Shown: piece after piece, positions 50,185 to 64,000 of the stretch
Position numbering within the stretch: position 1 is the first letter of the stretch
How the letters are laid out: each line of letters begins with the position of its first letter
NCBI RefSeq assembly: GCF_001194135.2
Contig: NC_068981.1
Location: forward strand, 90,601,846 to 90,665,845
Direction of reading: 5' to 3'
From: Octopus bimaculoides
Lineage: Eukaryota
DNA: 64,000 bases
Notes under the pieces: generated by a model
Seen by the model: only the letters and a program-made list of their open reading frames with translations
What the model was told of the DNA's origin: nothing
Databases searched by the model: none
Position numbers and translations under genes: made by a program

Positions 50185-51297
50185 ATANNNNNNNNNNNNN
50201 NNNNNNNNNNNNNNNNNNNNNNNNNNNNNNNNNNNNNNNNNNNNNNNNNNNNNNNNNNNNNNNNNNNNNNNNNNNNNNNNNNNNNNNNNNNNNNNNNNNN
50301 NNNNNNNNNNNNNNNNNNNNNNNNNNNNNNNNNNNNNNNNNNNNNNNNNNNNNNNNNNNNNNNNNNNNNNNNNNNNNNNNNNNNNNNNNNNNNNNNNNNN
50401 NNNNNNNNNNNNNNNNNNNNNNNNNNNNNNNNNNNNNNNNNNNNNNNNNNNNNNNNNNNNNNNNNNNNNNNNNNNNNNNNNNNNNNNNNNNNNNNNNNNN
50501 NNNNNNNNNNNNNNNNNNNTTTGAATATTGATTTTTTGTGTGTCCTATTTCTGCAGACAATATCACCTTTATACTTTATTTGACACGTGAGTAGAACTCA
50601 TGTCTGGAAACCTCGTGACATACTTAGATTGTTAAAAAAATCGATAACAGGGCCCTTCCAATGGATCCTTCTATCTACTACATATTACTAATATTTTATT
50701 TAAGCAACCCAAGGGAAATGATCCATACCACCTGCAGATTTTAGCGAAGCGATCAATATTTGATTCTTACGATCAGTCGACCTAATTCTGCATTTCACTA
50801 CTCACAGTTTTGAACTGCTAAACATTATTATTGCACTTCCTTAATTTGAATCTTAAACCTTAAAGACTTCATTCATACATTTCTATACATACGTACTTTT
50901 TTTGAATGCCCATTACTCCGATAATTCTGCATTTTTATAGTTACACCTTTTCCATGACAGTAGATAAACTTTTTATTCCACAACGTATTTGTAGTGGCTT
51001 CATGCAGGCATAACGTGGATTCACTTAACACTTCAACAGCGCTTTTCTCACGGTAAAATAGTTTTCTGTGAATGACAGCAGTTATACATTTCCCAGATGC
51101 CTTCACTAAGCAGAATAATGTCTTTGCCTCTCGCCAACCTCCGATAACCTCTCTCACCAATCTCTGACAATCTCTCCCTCCTCCAGCTGACAGCTTTTTG
51201 TACTTTTTCGTGACGGAAAATACAGCTTTTGTGGCAGTTATAACGAAATTGCTTTCTTATATCAGAGTAATAAGGCGTTTCAATAGAACATCTTTAC

Positions 51298-51327
51298 CTC
51301 CGGGAATTACCGGGTACTTCAGCTAGT
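51298..51327 (+). mobile_element. Helitron-like 3' terminus
   Basis: CCGGGAATTACCGGGTACTTCAGCTAG followed by T (GC-rich subterminal block, CTAG|T); an inverted relative lies at about 59084. Confidence 0.5.
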
Positions 51328-51599
51328 GATTATATATATAAGAACACAACTATGTACACACATATACATGACATGCGTAATTATTGCAACTTGTCATATA
51401 TATCATAGTCGGCTGATTTATTCATTGCAAGATAAAATGATGAGATGTATATACCACGGAATTATACTGACATACATTAGTATCCATAATTTAATATCCA
51501 GTGGCAAACAAGGGCAAGATGAGGCTGTTAAATTGTAAAAGCCTTTGTTATTGATATTACTCACCTTGCTACTGACTTTAGAGCTTTTTATTGGATCAG

Positions 51600-52640
51600 T
51601 TGTCGTCCCTCCTAATCTTGTGTAAGTCCGTCTTTTTTCCTTGACTGCGCACTGTACATCATCGTCCAACATCAGACTGCTTATCAGTGTAACGTTGTTC
51701 TAATTTTGTCGGGCTTTGTGTAGTAAGAGCACAAGTGGATATGAAACATAATATCCATCAACAACACCAAGGAGAGTTAACTAGTGTCCACATGCAGTAT
51801 CCATTAGCTGAGTACTGTTCTCGGGTAGCCGCCACGGCTTGTTATACCTAGAACTAGCGACCAAGTTTTAGGTGGCAAGAGATCTAATGATAGACATCAA
51901 GGATCAAGAGCCAATGGTGTCTTACATGTATCTTTGAGTTTCACTATTATACAAGCAAACAGTTAACTTGAGTGGATCGTTACTTTCATAGGTGACCAAG
52001 CGTGAATTCCGTCTTTTAAACAACGCATTGATGACGACCAGGTTACATGCTTCGATGCATTCAAAGATACGATCGTCGTTATTATGGTAAACTTCGTAGC
52101 CGAGGCCGCTATGTGCTTGTTCAAAGCTATTCCGTTTCTGCCCGACGTATCTGTTGAAATCGCTCCTCACCACCACAAAATGAGTTCAATTGAGCCAAGT
52201 AGTCCCCAAATTCGTATTTCTCATTATCCCTGTATCTCGTCTGTGATGTATATCATGATATTACTTGCTGAAGATGATCATTCACAGCGGTCTTACTTGC
52301 TATGAAGTGGTCTGTAAGATATTGTATACATACATTGGTTGACTATAATTCCAACCCCTTGCAACTACATACATACATACATACATACATACATACATAC
52401 ATACATACATACATACATACATACATACATACATACTAGAAATTATAGCTTTCTCCAACATGTCTAGATTTCGCGTCTTTCCATTTTGTTTCTTGGACAT
52501 AACCGATATCGACTTCTTGTTACTTCAGTATGTCGGCCAGTTCACAACCAGATCCAATGAGTTTGCCAATGTTGATAGTCTCCATTCGTATCCGTTGGAC
52601 TAATATGTTTGACATGCCCTACCCACGTGCAATTAACCGT
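51600..52640 (-). mobile_element. RTE LINE 5' fragment (APE endonuclease), split by (CATA)n
   Basis: RMETINIGKLIG...EVDIGYVQETKWK and SDFNRYVG...GLGYEV.HNNDD...NLVVINALFKRRNSRLVTYES. Confidence 0.8.
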
Positions 52641-53084
52641 CGTCCACATCTTGCTTTGCTTGGATGAGTGTAGGGCTCATCACCTCAGTTGGACACCCTA
52701 ATCGTATTAGTAAAACATTGGAGTTATATGCGTATCGACGCCACGAAACATTGCTCCAATCAACACCGTCTGACGTTGGAGGGCTGTCATCGTTACCAGT
52801 AATCTATCAAGTCCATTTACATATTTCTCAATACATATTTCTCAATACATGCTGTTATGACTTTCCTCCCTCATCTTATGCCTCCATCGTAGATGGGTAG
52901 ATTTGCTAGTATTTGTAATTGTGCAAGAGAACAAGTGTGAATATTTAAATATATGCACCTATATGCATGTGTGTATGTATTTGCGGTTATGTTGGTTTTA
53001 ATATATTTTTTTAATATATACGTGTATTACGTACGTAGGTACGTATTATGTATGTATGTATGTATGTATGTATGTATGTATCTT

Positions 53085-53640
53085 TTGTCTTTTATCTTTT
53101 GCTTGTTTCAGTCATTAGACTGTGGCCATGCTGGGGCACCACCTTGAATTTTTAGTCGAATGAACCGATCCCAGTACTTATATTTTTTAAGCCTGGTACT
53201 TATTCTATCGGAGTCTTTTTGCCGAACCGTTAAATTACGGGGACACAAACACACCAACACCGGTTGTCAAGCGGTGGGGATGGGACAAACACAGACACAC
53301 AGACACACAGACAGACACACACAGACACACACACACACAGACACACACACATACACACACACACACGCACGCACGCACACACGACGGGCTTCTTTCAGTT
53401 TCCGTCTNNNNNNNNNNGACACACACACACACAGACACACACACATACACACACACACACGCACGCACGCACACACGACGGGCTTCTTTCAGTTTCCGTC
53501 TACCAAATCCACTCACAAGGCATTGTTCAGCCCGAGGCTATAGTAGAAGATACTTGCCCAAGGTGCCACGCAGAGGAACTGAACCCGTGACCATATGGTT
53601 GGGAAGCAAGTTTCTTACCACACAGCCACGCCCGCGCCTA
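53085..53640 (-). mobile_element. SINE family B, full length (gap-duplicated middle)
   Basis: Both halves present. Confidence 0.9.
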
Positions 53641-54811
53641 TGTATGTATATATGTATGTCATTATTCAGTTATTTCAAGATTCCTTGCCAATAGAGAAAG
53701 AACCGGTTTCTAACCTAGATCGAAGGCTCCTTCATTGGAATTTCAACATCAATAACAAGGTATTTTTGTATNNNNNNNNNNCATTGGAATTTCAACATCA
53801 ATAACAAGGTATTTTTGTATGTATGTATGTATGTATGTATGTATGTATGTATGTATGTATGTATGTGCAGCTTTGTATGTTTTGTGTATATATTCTCATG
53901 CATATAGTTGCATATTTAGACATGCTCATATAACCCCAAGAGAAATGGGTTTTGTAGTTACAGTTTCTTCTATAACTACAACTAAAAAGAATTTGTTTAG
54001 CTGTTGAGCTGTTGTCTTCGTTCTGTTCTCGATAGTGTTGTTGATGTTGTGTCCAGCCATGTTGTTTGTAGTAACTCTCTGCATGTTAAATTCAAGTTTC
54101 AGTCGAAAATCACTACGATCGTGAATAAAAGGCTCCCTCAGTTAATTTATCTGAAGATTAACCAGTTATTTAACAAGGCTGATAGTTGTGGCACCAAAGT
54201 TGGAGATAGTATTTATCGTATTTTCGATAAATAGTCTCCCAAGCCAAATACGCGACTTGTCACTTCGAGTAGTGTATGTATGTATGTATGTATGTATGCA
54301 TGTATGCATGCATGTATGCATGTATGTATGCATGTATGCATGCATGTATGTATGTATGTATGTATGTATGTATGTATGTATGTATGTGAGTGTATGCATG
54401 TGTGCGTAAATGTATGAGTCAATGGTTAAGAAAATCTGCTACTTGTTCCTCGGTTCAATTCTACTGCACGGCATCTTAGATAAGTGTCATTTGCCTGAGC
54501 CTCGAGTTGACAGAAACCTTGCGAAAGGAAATGATTGAGCGAAAACCGCTTGTGCAGTAAGTTCGAATCTTTGTACCCATAATTCGAAGCTCCAGCCTTG
54601 TCATACACTGTACCACCCAGATTCCGCCAGAGGAACTAAGTCTACACATGTCTGTGGAATATTCAGCCACCGACATGCTATTTCAATGAGCAAACGGGCA
54701 AGTAGTTCACTTGATCGAACAACTGAATTCTTAGAACTCTTATGGTCGAAACGGACAGAGATCCATTTACATTTGTGCACGTCTATTCATGCCTCGCGCG
54801 CATGTGTGTGC

Positions 54812-54858
<47 letters not shown>

Positions 54859-55276
54859 CGCGCGCGCGTATAATATGCATGGATTCCTTACTAAAACATA
54901 TACTGTTTTTACTGCGGCTCATTAATTGGTTTGTATAGTCCCGGAACAGACGGAGTAGTTATGACTGGAATTCCATTGGTCATAAATTTATTCAATCAAG
55001 GTCGATCCGGGGATAAACAGAAACAATTACATGTAATATGAAATACAAATAATATATGAGTATATGCATATATACGTACATATATGTACATACCTACATC
55101 TACATGTATATATAGATGCATATCTGGGTACAGGACGTTGCAAAAAAAAAACGTGGACAAAATGATAAACATAGTGAACATTTCCTTCATCAGCTGCCAT
55201 CGAACCAAGGCAGAAACAAAAAGTAGCAATCAAATCCGTTTTCAGTCACAACCTGACTGTACATAGAATGAATACA

Positions 55277-55465
55277 GTGACGTAACTAGAGTGTGTGAAA
55301 CCCGGGGCAGCTCTCGAGTTTGCCACCTCTAGCACCCAGCAACTCCACCGCCCAATTCCTTATACTAGCTTAAACAGCAGATCCAAAAGTGCCACCTTCC
55401 ATAAAAGTGCCGTCCAGAGCGGACCACCCCGATCGTCAACCCTCTCCCCACTTTACCTAGCTATG
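55277..55465. mobile_element. MITE of the same family as 25414-25572
   Basis: CAGTGACGTAACTAGAGTGTGTG...CAAAAGTGCCACC. Confidence 0.6.
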
Positions 55466-57049
55466 CTGTTGATTAGACAATGTCGTGCCTGATATATCAA
55501 AACATGCAATAATGATGGTATGGTTAAGGTGTAACAAATTTGATCAGAGTCAGAGTTCACTTGGGGTTAAAACTACATTTCCTGTTAAATTCGTCTTGTT
55601 TTGCAATGTTTTTTTCATTTTTTTTTTCTAAATATATTTGGGACAGCTTCTTAAGAAATGCGTAGCTAAACAGCAACGGATTTTTATAAAGCAAGCAACA
55701 CTTCAGTTATGTTAATACCACAAAGAATTTTATTCAAGTTGTTTGTAATCCCTTTTACTATTGTTTACACTTTCTCCTGTGTGTCATTGTCCCTATTATG
55801 TTATTATATCTATCTGTTGTTCCTGTAGTTATTTTTACTACTGCTATTAGTTATTCTTACATACTTTCATGGTTCCCAAAGATAATGTAGTAAGGAAGAA
55901 AGAAAATAAACCAAACAGTGTTTATTGCTTTCCACATAGCTTTCTTGCCCTTTAGCAACAAATAAACATTGCTAAAAAAGAAAAGGGAGTGAAGTGGGGG
56001 TTTGATAAATGGAGAGGATAGTTATGCTCTTTTCATACTGTTCTTCCCTCCTTGCTTCTAAATACAATGAACATATGCAATATCTTCATTTAATGCTTAC
56101 AATGACGTTGTTAGCAAGGACCACGCCTAGAGATTTATCCATAAGCTAATTTAAGCTTCACCAAATGGCCCAAATATGCGCAATAAAACGTGCTATATAC
56201 ACTGTGAGGAGTAGGGAGAGCGAGTCCACTCAACTATTATCGGTAGGCTACATCACTGGTTCCCATTTTGTTTTAACTCATGGTCCCCTCCTGGAATCTT
56301 TAATTTTTCTGTGACCCTTTAGCCATTATTAGTGGGAAAAGTACTTCAATTTTGTAATAAATGGTTAATAATAGAAACAGGTAAATTTTGAAAAAAATTA
56401 AAAACTTTTAATACAAATAAAATTTGTAAAATTTATCAAATAATAGAGAAATTTTCAGTATTACTTTTATTATCATGATGAATTGTTAATTTGTTATGCA
56501 AACAGTTGTTGAACGAAAATTTATGATAAATAAGCATACAAAAAATTTTCAAAGGTGACCTGGTTTCTACCATTAACATAAGCTCCATAAAAATATGTAT
56601 CTAATGGCTGCATAATTTATTTTCTATTATTCTGTTTCACAAAACAAAAAATATATTTTGTGAGTTCAACAAAACAAACATTTGCAAACAGTACATTATA
56701 TCTCTGATATAACACACATAACACAAAAACTTCTCTTGACAGCCAGAAAATAAATAACTTCTACAAAACGATTACCTTTTCTGCACAAAAAAGTTGCCGT
56801 TCTACGATATTCTTAAAGGAACGAAAAATTATCCAGCAACTCGGGCTAATAAGAACGAGCCTGGTAGGTTTAAAAGACTAACTTGTCAAGAGTACAGACG
56901 ATAGTCAGATAGTTATTGTTTGTTGTGCACTCCGCTTTCGTTATTTGATTGATGTTATTCTGTGCGTCTGTGTGTTAAGATCGGTTGTGTTTTGCAGGGT
57001 TGCTCTATTTTCACCCTTAACTTAGAAATGGAGAAAAACACAGTGTTAG

Positions 57050-58260
57050 ATATGAAAAATAAACCATTTGAGGCTAGAAATAAAGCAGAAAAACGTGAAA
57101 TTCTTTGGGCAGGCATATGTCTTATACGACATCAATGATGAACGCAAGTGACGCTGATAACCTGGAGTCGCCTCTGATATATTTATGTATATATATATAT
57201 GTACGAAGGTCTTGAAAGGAAGTTGGACCTTTGACAACATGCAACACACGCAGGTGAAAGCATTCTGAGTTAAGCGGGTGAACTGTGTACAGTCCTGAGA
57301 GGGCATNNNNNNNNNNNNNNNNNNNNNNNNNNNNNNNNNNNNNNNNNNNNNNNNNNNNNNNNNNNNNNNNNNNNNNNNNNNNNNNNNNNNNNNNNNNNNN
57401 NNNNNNNNNNNNNNNNNNNNNNNNNNNNNNNNNNNNNNNNNNNNNNNNNNNNNNNNNNNNNNNNNNNNNNNNNNNNNNNNNNNNNNNNNNNNNNNNNNNN
57501 NNNNNNNNNNNNNNNNNNNNNNNNNNNNNNNNNNNNNNNNNNNNNNNNNNNNNNNNNNNNNNNNNNNNNNNNNNNNNNNNNNNNNNNNNNNNNNNNNNNN
57601 NNNNNNNNNNNNNNNNNNNNNNNNNNNNNNNNNNNNNNNNNNNNNNNNNNNNNNNNNNNNNNNNNNNNNNNNNNNNNNNNNNNNNNNNNNNNNNNNNNNA
57701 TATATATATATATATGTGTGTGTGTATGTATATATATATATGTACGAAGGTCTTGAAAGGAAGTTGGACCTTTGACAACATGCAACACACGCAGGTGAAA
57801 GCATTCTGAGTTAAGCGGGTGAACTGTGTACAGTCCTGAGAGGGCATCAGATTCATGCATCAAAGCACTCCTTTCTGAAATGCGTCCTCGCTTTTCTTTT
57901 TTTTTGCCAACAGCGGGAAGATTTATTCTACGTCTAGAATGTAGGCAACTCCGCATAAAGACGTCTTCTGGCAAAAGAGTCTGAAGTGTAAAGTTCAAAG
58001 AATTCGGTCAGAGTCGTTCTTCGAGGTTGGTTTGCACAGTCAAGTATATTTTCTTGATTAAAATACACCCCTTGCCCATTCTCCAAATGAACACTGAAGT
58101 GAATAACTGCAGGTTCACGTTCATGGATCGGAAAACTGAATATGCGCCAAAATGCCTCATTAATTGAGATATAGCGTCCAGTTTGGTAAAATGTGAACTC
58201 ATCTGTGGCGGGATCAGGGTCGCCGGTCGCCGCTGAAACGATGAAGAGATTTCACACGGG
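57050..58260 (-). mobile_element. Helitron Rep-helicase linker fragment (pseudogene)
   Basis: GRYISTNEAFWRIFSFPIHEREPAVIHFSVHLENGQGVYF and LYTVHPLNSECFHLRVLHVVKGPTSFQDLRT, characteristic of Helitron RepHel. Confidence 0.88.
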
Positions 58261-58744
58261 CACGAGTAAATTCATATTAAAAAAAAAACAAAGTGCTTTG
58301 AGAATCTTACGAATAAAGAAAATAAAATATCTCTAACTTATTTTTTATCAAAATATGCTACAGGTTTCAATCGTTTCTATGACGATTTAATCATAATGTA
58401 AGAAGTGGGAAATGCATTGAAATAATATTGATTAATCTTTCATGGTATCAGTTCTGGCAGTTCACATGTTTTCTATAAAGACGCATACATTACACAATAA
58501 AGTCTTCTTAAACTTCTTTATATCAAACCACTCTCACTTCATGTTTCAATCGCGTACATCAATAACAGATTTTTACTCCACAAATCTATATAATAGAAAA
58601 GTATAAATTAAACTCCTTTCCTTCCACTTCGACTGCTACTCCATTTCCCCTGCTTTCTTCTCTCTTCCTCCTTCCTCCACTCTCTTTATTCTTCTTTTCT
58701 TCTTTTTCTTTAATTGTCTTCTTTATATCTTTCAGCTACCTCCG

Positions 58745-58942
58745 CTACTCTGTCTCTATTTGATTTTCAATTATCAGCGTGTAAGTCATTGATGTATAGA
58801 AAGAAGAGAGTGGGAGACAGACACGTTGTGATGCTGCAATCTGATAGGCAGCCGCCGATGTAGGAGATGAGGCAAGAAGTTCCAATAACAGATTTGTATG
58901 CCAGACACGGTCAAAAAGCTTTGCTCTTTGCAACGGCAACAT
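58745..58942 (-). mobile_element. CR1/L2-like LINE RT scrap
   Basis: K(A/L)FDRVWH and IYIND motifs collapsed together by deletions. Confidence 0.55.
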
Positions 58943-59993
58943 ATATTCAAACTGTGCAGTCTCTCATTAATTTCTCTCCTTTCAACTTTTCCGTAAAGAA
59001 AGACTCTGTCCGAAGCGTTGTGCTTTCCACTCTTCACAGCAAGTTCACTGTACATTTTATCGGTATTACTATACAATTTAAGACTAACAGGCATACCCAG
59101 TGTTGCTCGGGATTTAAATGGCATAGTTTGTATATATGGTAAAGTTAAGTTGAAACATATGATATGGGGAAGTGCAGCATTGACGACAAAACATTTGTGG
59201 AGTAAATGAAGGGCTTAATTCGACTAAATGACATGTCATATGTCTGTTTGGAAGATTCCAGACCATAACACATATATTTATATATATATACAACGGGCTT
59301 CTTTCAGTTTCCCTCTACCAAATCTACTCACAAGATCTTGGGCGGTCCGTGGCTATAGTAGAAGACTCTTGTCCAAGGTTCCACGCAAGCTTCTTACTAC
59401 ACAGCTCTACTCCCAAATGTCTGGTAGATAACTCTTCAAACTGGACGTAAGGTTTCATTCTTTAGTACAGTTGGTTATTCTAGTTGTAGCGAAAACTGGA
59501 CGGTCCTCAAAAAGTTGCAAAATGTATCTTTCACATCCTTCACCATTCCATTAATTCGTCGTTATATTGTATCATTGCTTAAAAGAATTTCTACTGATAA
59601 ATATCACTTGCTAGCTTGGCAACATGATATTTAAAGTTTAACTAACAACCGATAGGATCAATTCTTCGCCAATACTCTACGGCTTATGTGATTAGTAAAG
59701 AAATTTTGTAAAAGATGCGAAACACATCATTTTCTTACACTGATGCGGATAAAACATAATTGGTATCATCAGCTGTTTGGAAAATAAACTACATAGTGAA
59801 CTTTTATTCGTCTTGCTAGCCTGATTTTTTTTCCCCAAGAGCTTTTCTGATACTGAAGGTTTCGTAGATTCATTTGAAAAATATTTTTTGGTAAATTTAA
59901 TAAATTAAGAATAGCTTGTCTGTAGGAATCGGAAGAAAGGTATATCTTATTTACTACTGTAATGACAAAATTTCTTCTTTGGTCCTGTCAAAG

Positions 59994-60086
<93 letters not shown>

Positions 60087-60305
60087 NNNNNNNNNNNNNN
60101 NNNNNNNNNNNNNNNNNNNNNNNNNNNNNNNNNNNNNNNNNNNNNNNNNNNNNNNNNNNNNNNNNNNNNNNNNNNNNNNNNNNNNNNNNNNNNNNNNNNN
60201 NNNNNNNNNNNNNNNNNNNNNNNNNNNNNNNNNNNNTGCCTGCCTGCCTGCCTGTCTACCTGTCTACCTGTCTGCTTGTCTGTCTGTCTGTCTGTCTGTC
60301 CGTCC

Positions 60306-60347
<42 letters not shown>

Positions 60348-60348
60348 A

Positions 60349-60610
60349 TGTCTTTACCAGTGCATAAGGCGCACCATATTTGCTGTTGTATAAGACGCAC
60401 TCTCGCATAAAACAAACCCCTACATATTTTTTCCACAAAAAAAGTAAATATTGTTAAAAAAAAACAACAAATATCATATGTTTAATCATACACTCACACA
60501 CTCGGTATCTCATCCGTTGTATGGTTGCATTAGATGCATTAAATGCATTGCAATTTTCTGTTACATTTAAGAATCATAAAAAAACGTGTCTTATGCACTA
60601 GAATAGACGG
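60349..60610. mobile_element. pogo/Tigger-like MITE
   Basis: Ends GTCTTTACCAGTGCATAAGGCGCAC and GTGTCTTATGCACTAGAATAGACGG; internal TATAAGACGCAC. Confidence 0.55.
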
Positions 60611-62139
60611 CGTGCGTGTGTGTATGTATGTGTATGCGTGTATTACATTCTTATGTATATGTATGTATTACGCTCATATGTGAATATGTGTACACACACA
60701 TCCGCATAGATACACCTTAAGTACTAACTTTTAAATCCTCTTCGTTAATAAGATCATATTATCATTGTGAATACTGTAGTTGACTGTTTTACGAGCAAAT
60801 TTGTACTCTTTTTTTAAGTACCCTTTCACCTTCCCTTGCTTTCTAAAACCTTTATCACTTTCTTGCACCCCAGTACTCCTCTTGAGGCCCCAAACATCCC
60901 CAAGGGAAAGTTAACGCCCACTTTTGGAATAATTTGTTTAAAAAATAAAATGATTTAGAGACACCATTTTCTCGAAAAACAATGGTTAATTTACTGCTAG
61001 CATTTAATTTTAGGAACCTTAAAGAGTTGATACAATATCTTCAGATTCAAATGATAAAACTCCGAGGCTGCTTCAAATACAGTTGTTTGACCTACAAGAA
61101 ATAGCAGCCAAATTTGTCAAAGAACAGCTTACCGTCTTGAAAATGAAGGATGTATCGGACAATGTTGTCATAAATGTACAGAAAGAGATGGTCACAACTA
61201 GAAAGCCTTTTATTTTAGGTCTTTTCAATCGTGGCTCTAAACCACTACAGCAACATTATTTAATTTATGAGAACTAGTTGCGTAGGCAAAGTTCGTGCCG
61301 CTCGGAGTGCACCTTGAGTTTACCTTTCTACCTTCCTCACAACTATGAAAAACTCTACATATAGTACGCATCAAAAGTGCCCTTTTACGCAAAAGAAAGC
61401 AATACTGTTCAGGAAAGACCGCAACCCTTTAGCTACGCTATTCACAAAATAGCAGAGAAAATTTCACAAGTAGAAACACAGTGAATGGCTTTCTTACGGG
61501 TTCGAATATCCCCAAGCATATTTGAAGTGATAATAACCTTGTATTTATACACATCACTGCTTAGCGTTGCCACACTGTAATTATAATTTTGCTTAATATT
61601 TGTTAATCACATTCATTATTGGTAATTTTTGACGGCAGCATGCTGGCAGAATCGTTCGTAAGTCAGACAAAATGTCTGACGACACCTCTTCCGGCTGTAC
61701 GTCCTGACTTCGTATTTTGCTGAGATCGACTTTGCCTTTCATGAGCACTGGGGGAAATGTAATCGACTAACCACCTCTTCAGAAATATTTCTGGCCTTGG
61801 TTAGGAAACTTCTGAATAATTTCGTTTTGTTCATAAAATCTTTGAAATTCGTTTTTTTCTTTTCTTTTTTTTTCTTCAAATTTTAACGCTTTTTTTATCT
61901 TCACATTGGCATAGTAAATAAATAAGCAATGAGATGTAGGTGCCAATTTTACGCTCTAATTCATCAATTCATAATTCATATGAAATTGTTCACAAAGTTC
62001 AAAACTTGTTAGGGCATGATAGTTGTATTACTAGAGATAATTCGTTCTCGTTACGCTTTGTCTGTCTATCTATCTGTCTGTCGGTCTGTCTATCTATCTA
62101 TGCGTTTACACATACATAGATACATACATACATACTTAC

Positions 62140-62240
<101 letters not shown>

Positions 62241-62577
62241 TTATATATACATATAGTGTCTGTCTATCGGCATTATATTCCATTTGTACATACATAAATC
62301 TGTCAATATTTAAATGTTACAATACTAATCTGACGCCTCTTAGCGCGTATACCTCACACACGCACATCATACACACACATATGCATACTTACACTCACGT
62401 CTATTAACATACTTTTATACAATGTGTATTTGCACACTTAGATGTGAATATAATACACTACAAGTATTGCTGTGTGATTAAGAAGTTCGCTTAGCAACCA
62501 TGTGGTTTTCGGTTCAGTCACAGCGTGCAGCACCTCGGACAAGTGCCTTTTACTATAACCCTAGGCCGAGCAAGGTG

Positions 62578-62890
62578 AAGGCGCGTGGCTTGGTGGTTAC
62601 GATTGTAAGGTCCTGAGTTCGATTCCCGGCAACGCATTGTGTCCTTGAGCAAGACACTTTATTTAACATTGCTCCAGTCCACTCAGTTGGCAAAAATGAG
62701 GAGTACCTGTATTTCAAAGGGCCGGCCTTGTCACGCTATGTGTCACGCTGAGTCTCCCCGAGAACTACGTTAGGGGTACACGTGTCTGTAGATTGCTCAG
62801 TCACTTGCACTTGCACGTTAATTTCACGAGCAGGCTGTTCCGTTGATCGTATCAGCTGGGACCCTCGTCGTCGTAACCGACGGAGTGCTC
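62578..62890 (+). mobile_element. SINE with A2 head and family A tail, inserted in a family B copy
   Basis: The family B 5' part breaks at TAGGCCGAGCAA (62561) and resumes at TAGGCCGAGCAA (62894), a probable TSD. Confidence 0.85.
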
Positions 62891-63039
62891 CTTTAGGCCG
62901 AGCAATGCTTCGTGAGTGAATTTAGTAAGCGGAAAGAGTATGAAGGCCCGTCGTATACACACAAACACACACATACATGCGCGCGTACACACACACAGGT
63001 ACGTACGTATGTATGTATGTATGTATGTATATATATGCA

Positions 63040-63100
<61 letters not shown>

Positions 63101-63107
63101 GTGTATA

Positions 63108-63860
63108 CAGGCTGGGTGAAAAGTAAGTAGGCATTAAAAATTGGTAATAAAATCCATACTCCTTTTACAAATTTATTGAAACAAATGATAAATATTCTTT
63201 ATTACATGGGAAAATGAAAGTGAATTTTCATATTTCAACGTAAGCACCGGTGGTGTCAACCAATTTCCTCAAACAACCAGGGATGCTACGAACAACCTTC
63301 TGAAAGACGTCGTCTGTGATATCATTGAGAACCTCCCGAATCCGTGTCTCCAAGTCCTCCAGTGTGTGCGGTTTTGTCTTGTACATCTCTTTTGTGTAAC
63401 TCCGCAGATAAATATCACATGGAGTGAGATCTAGACTTCTTGGAGTTCTGGACTTCTGGATTTCTGCGGTCACAGTCTTCAGATTTTAGCTCCTGCACGT
63501 AATGGGTTTCCATGGACGAAAATGCAATTCTTTTTGCAACACTGTACGTATTGTGTGTCTTGTTAGAACACTTTCGCGAGCTGCTTGACATGTTGATTTT
63601 TGCAGGTTACGATTAAACATTTCCTGCACTGTTTCTACGTTCTCCGCTGATCAGGATGTGGTTGGACAGCCACTTCTTGCATCGTTCACAGAAGCCCTGG
63701 TCATCAGCTTCGCATGACAAGTTTTTATTGTCTCCGGACGAAGTGTTGCGTACTTATCTTTCCATGCACGCCACCATCTCTGAACCAAAACAACAGAATT
63801 CCACACTTCATAGCGTGCTGTTATCCTAGTTCACTTCTGAACAGTCAAGCGACCGGCCAT
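63108..63860 (-). mobile_element. Tc1/mariner-superfamily element (rosa/DD41D-like) with catalytic core deleted
   Basis: N-terminal MAGRLTVQ...RSGCPTTS...RPWKPHYVQELKSEDCDRR fused directly to PRSLDLTPCDIYLRSY..YKTKPHTLEDLETRIRE; terminus TA-CAGGCTGGGTGAAAAG at 63108. Confidence 0.8.
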
Positions 63861-64000
63861 CTGGAAAATAAAAAATAAGAAATAGGACAATAAGAAAAAT
63901 CAAAAAAAATCCCCATTAGTGTTGTCTGCTAACAAAATGTTTTCGTCATGGCTTCAGTGATACTAAAAATTTTATAAGCAATTTCTGATACTTAGTTACT

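Noticed and set aside
55170-55200. CTGATGAAGG on the minus strand (and CTGATGATGAG at about 45898) as hammerheads
   Set aside because: No stem II followed by GAAA.

Overview
AT-rich, microsatellite-dense eukaryotic scaffold with many N gaps. The SINE, RTE and microsatellite content resembles a coleoid cephalopod (Octopus-like) genome; this is an inference, not something I can prove here. No intact protein-coding gene is recognisable, and most ORF-track entries are gap or microsatellite artefacts. The window is dominated by decayed mobile DNA: at least three tRNA-derived SINE families, RTE/CR1/R4-like LINE fragments, mariner, Tc1 and related DNA transposons, hAT elements and MITEs, Gypsy remnants, a Helitron fragment, and Penelope-type repeats with minimal hammerhead ribozyme motifs. 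The clearest structure is a four-level nest at 26.8-33.8 kb, with paired termini or target-site duplications visible for three of the four levels: hAT > Tc1 > Gypsy > a small TIR element encoding SAP+SWIM. Non-repeat signals include a housekeeping-type promoter at about 26.1 kb next to a hairpin-dense candidate structured RNA, further promoter-like sites at about 38.1, 41.0 and 48.3 kb (the last an RFX X-box), a decayed initiator-tRNA copy, scattered candidate micro-exons, and an apparent shift from CpG-poor to CpG-richer sequence across the window.
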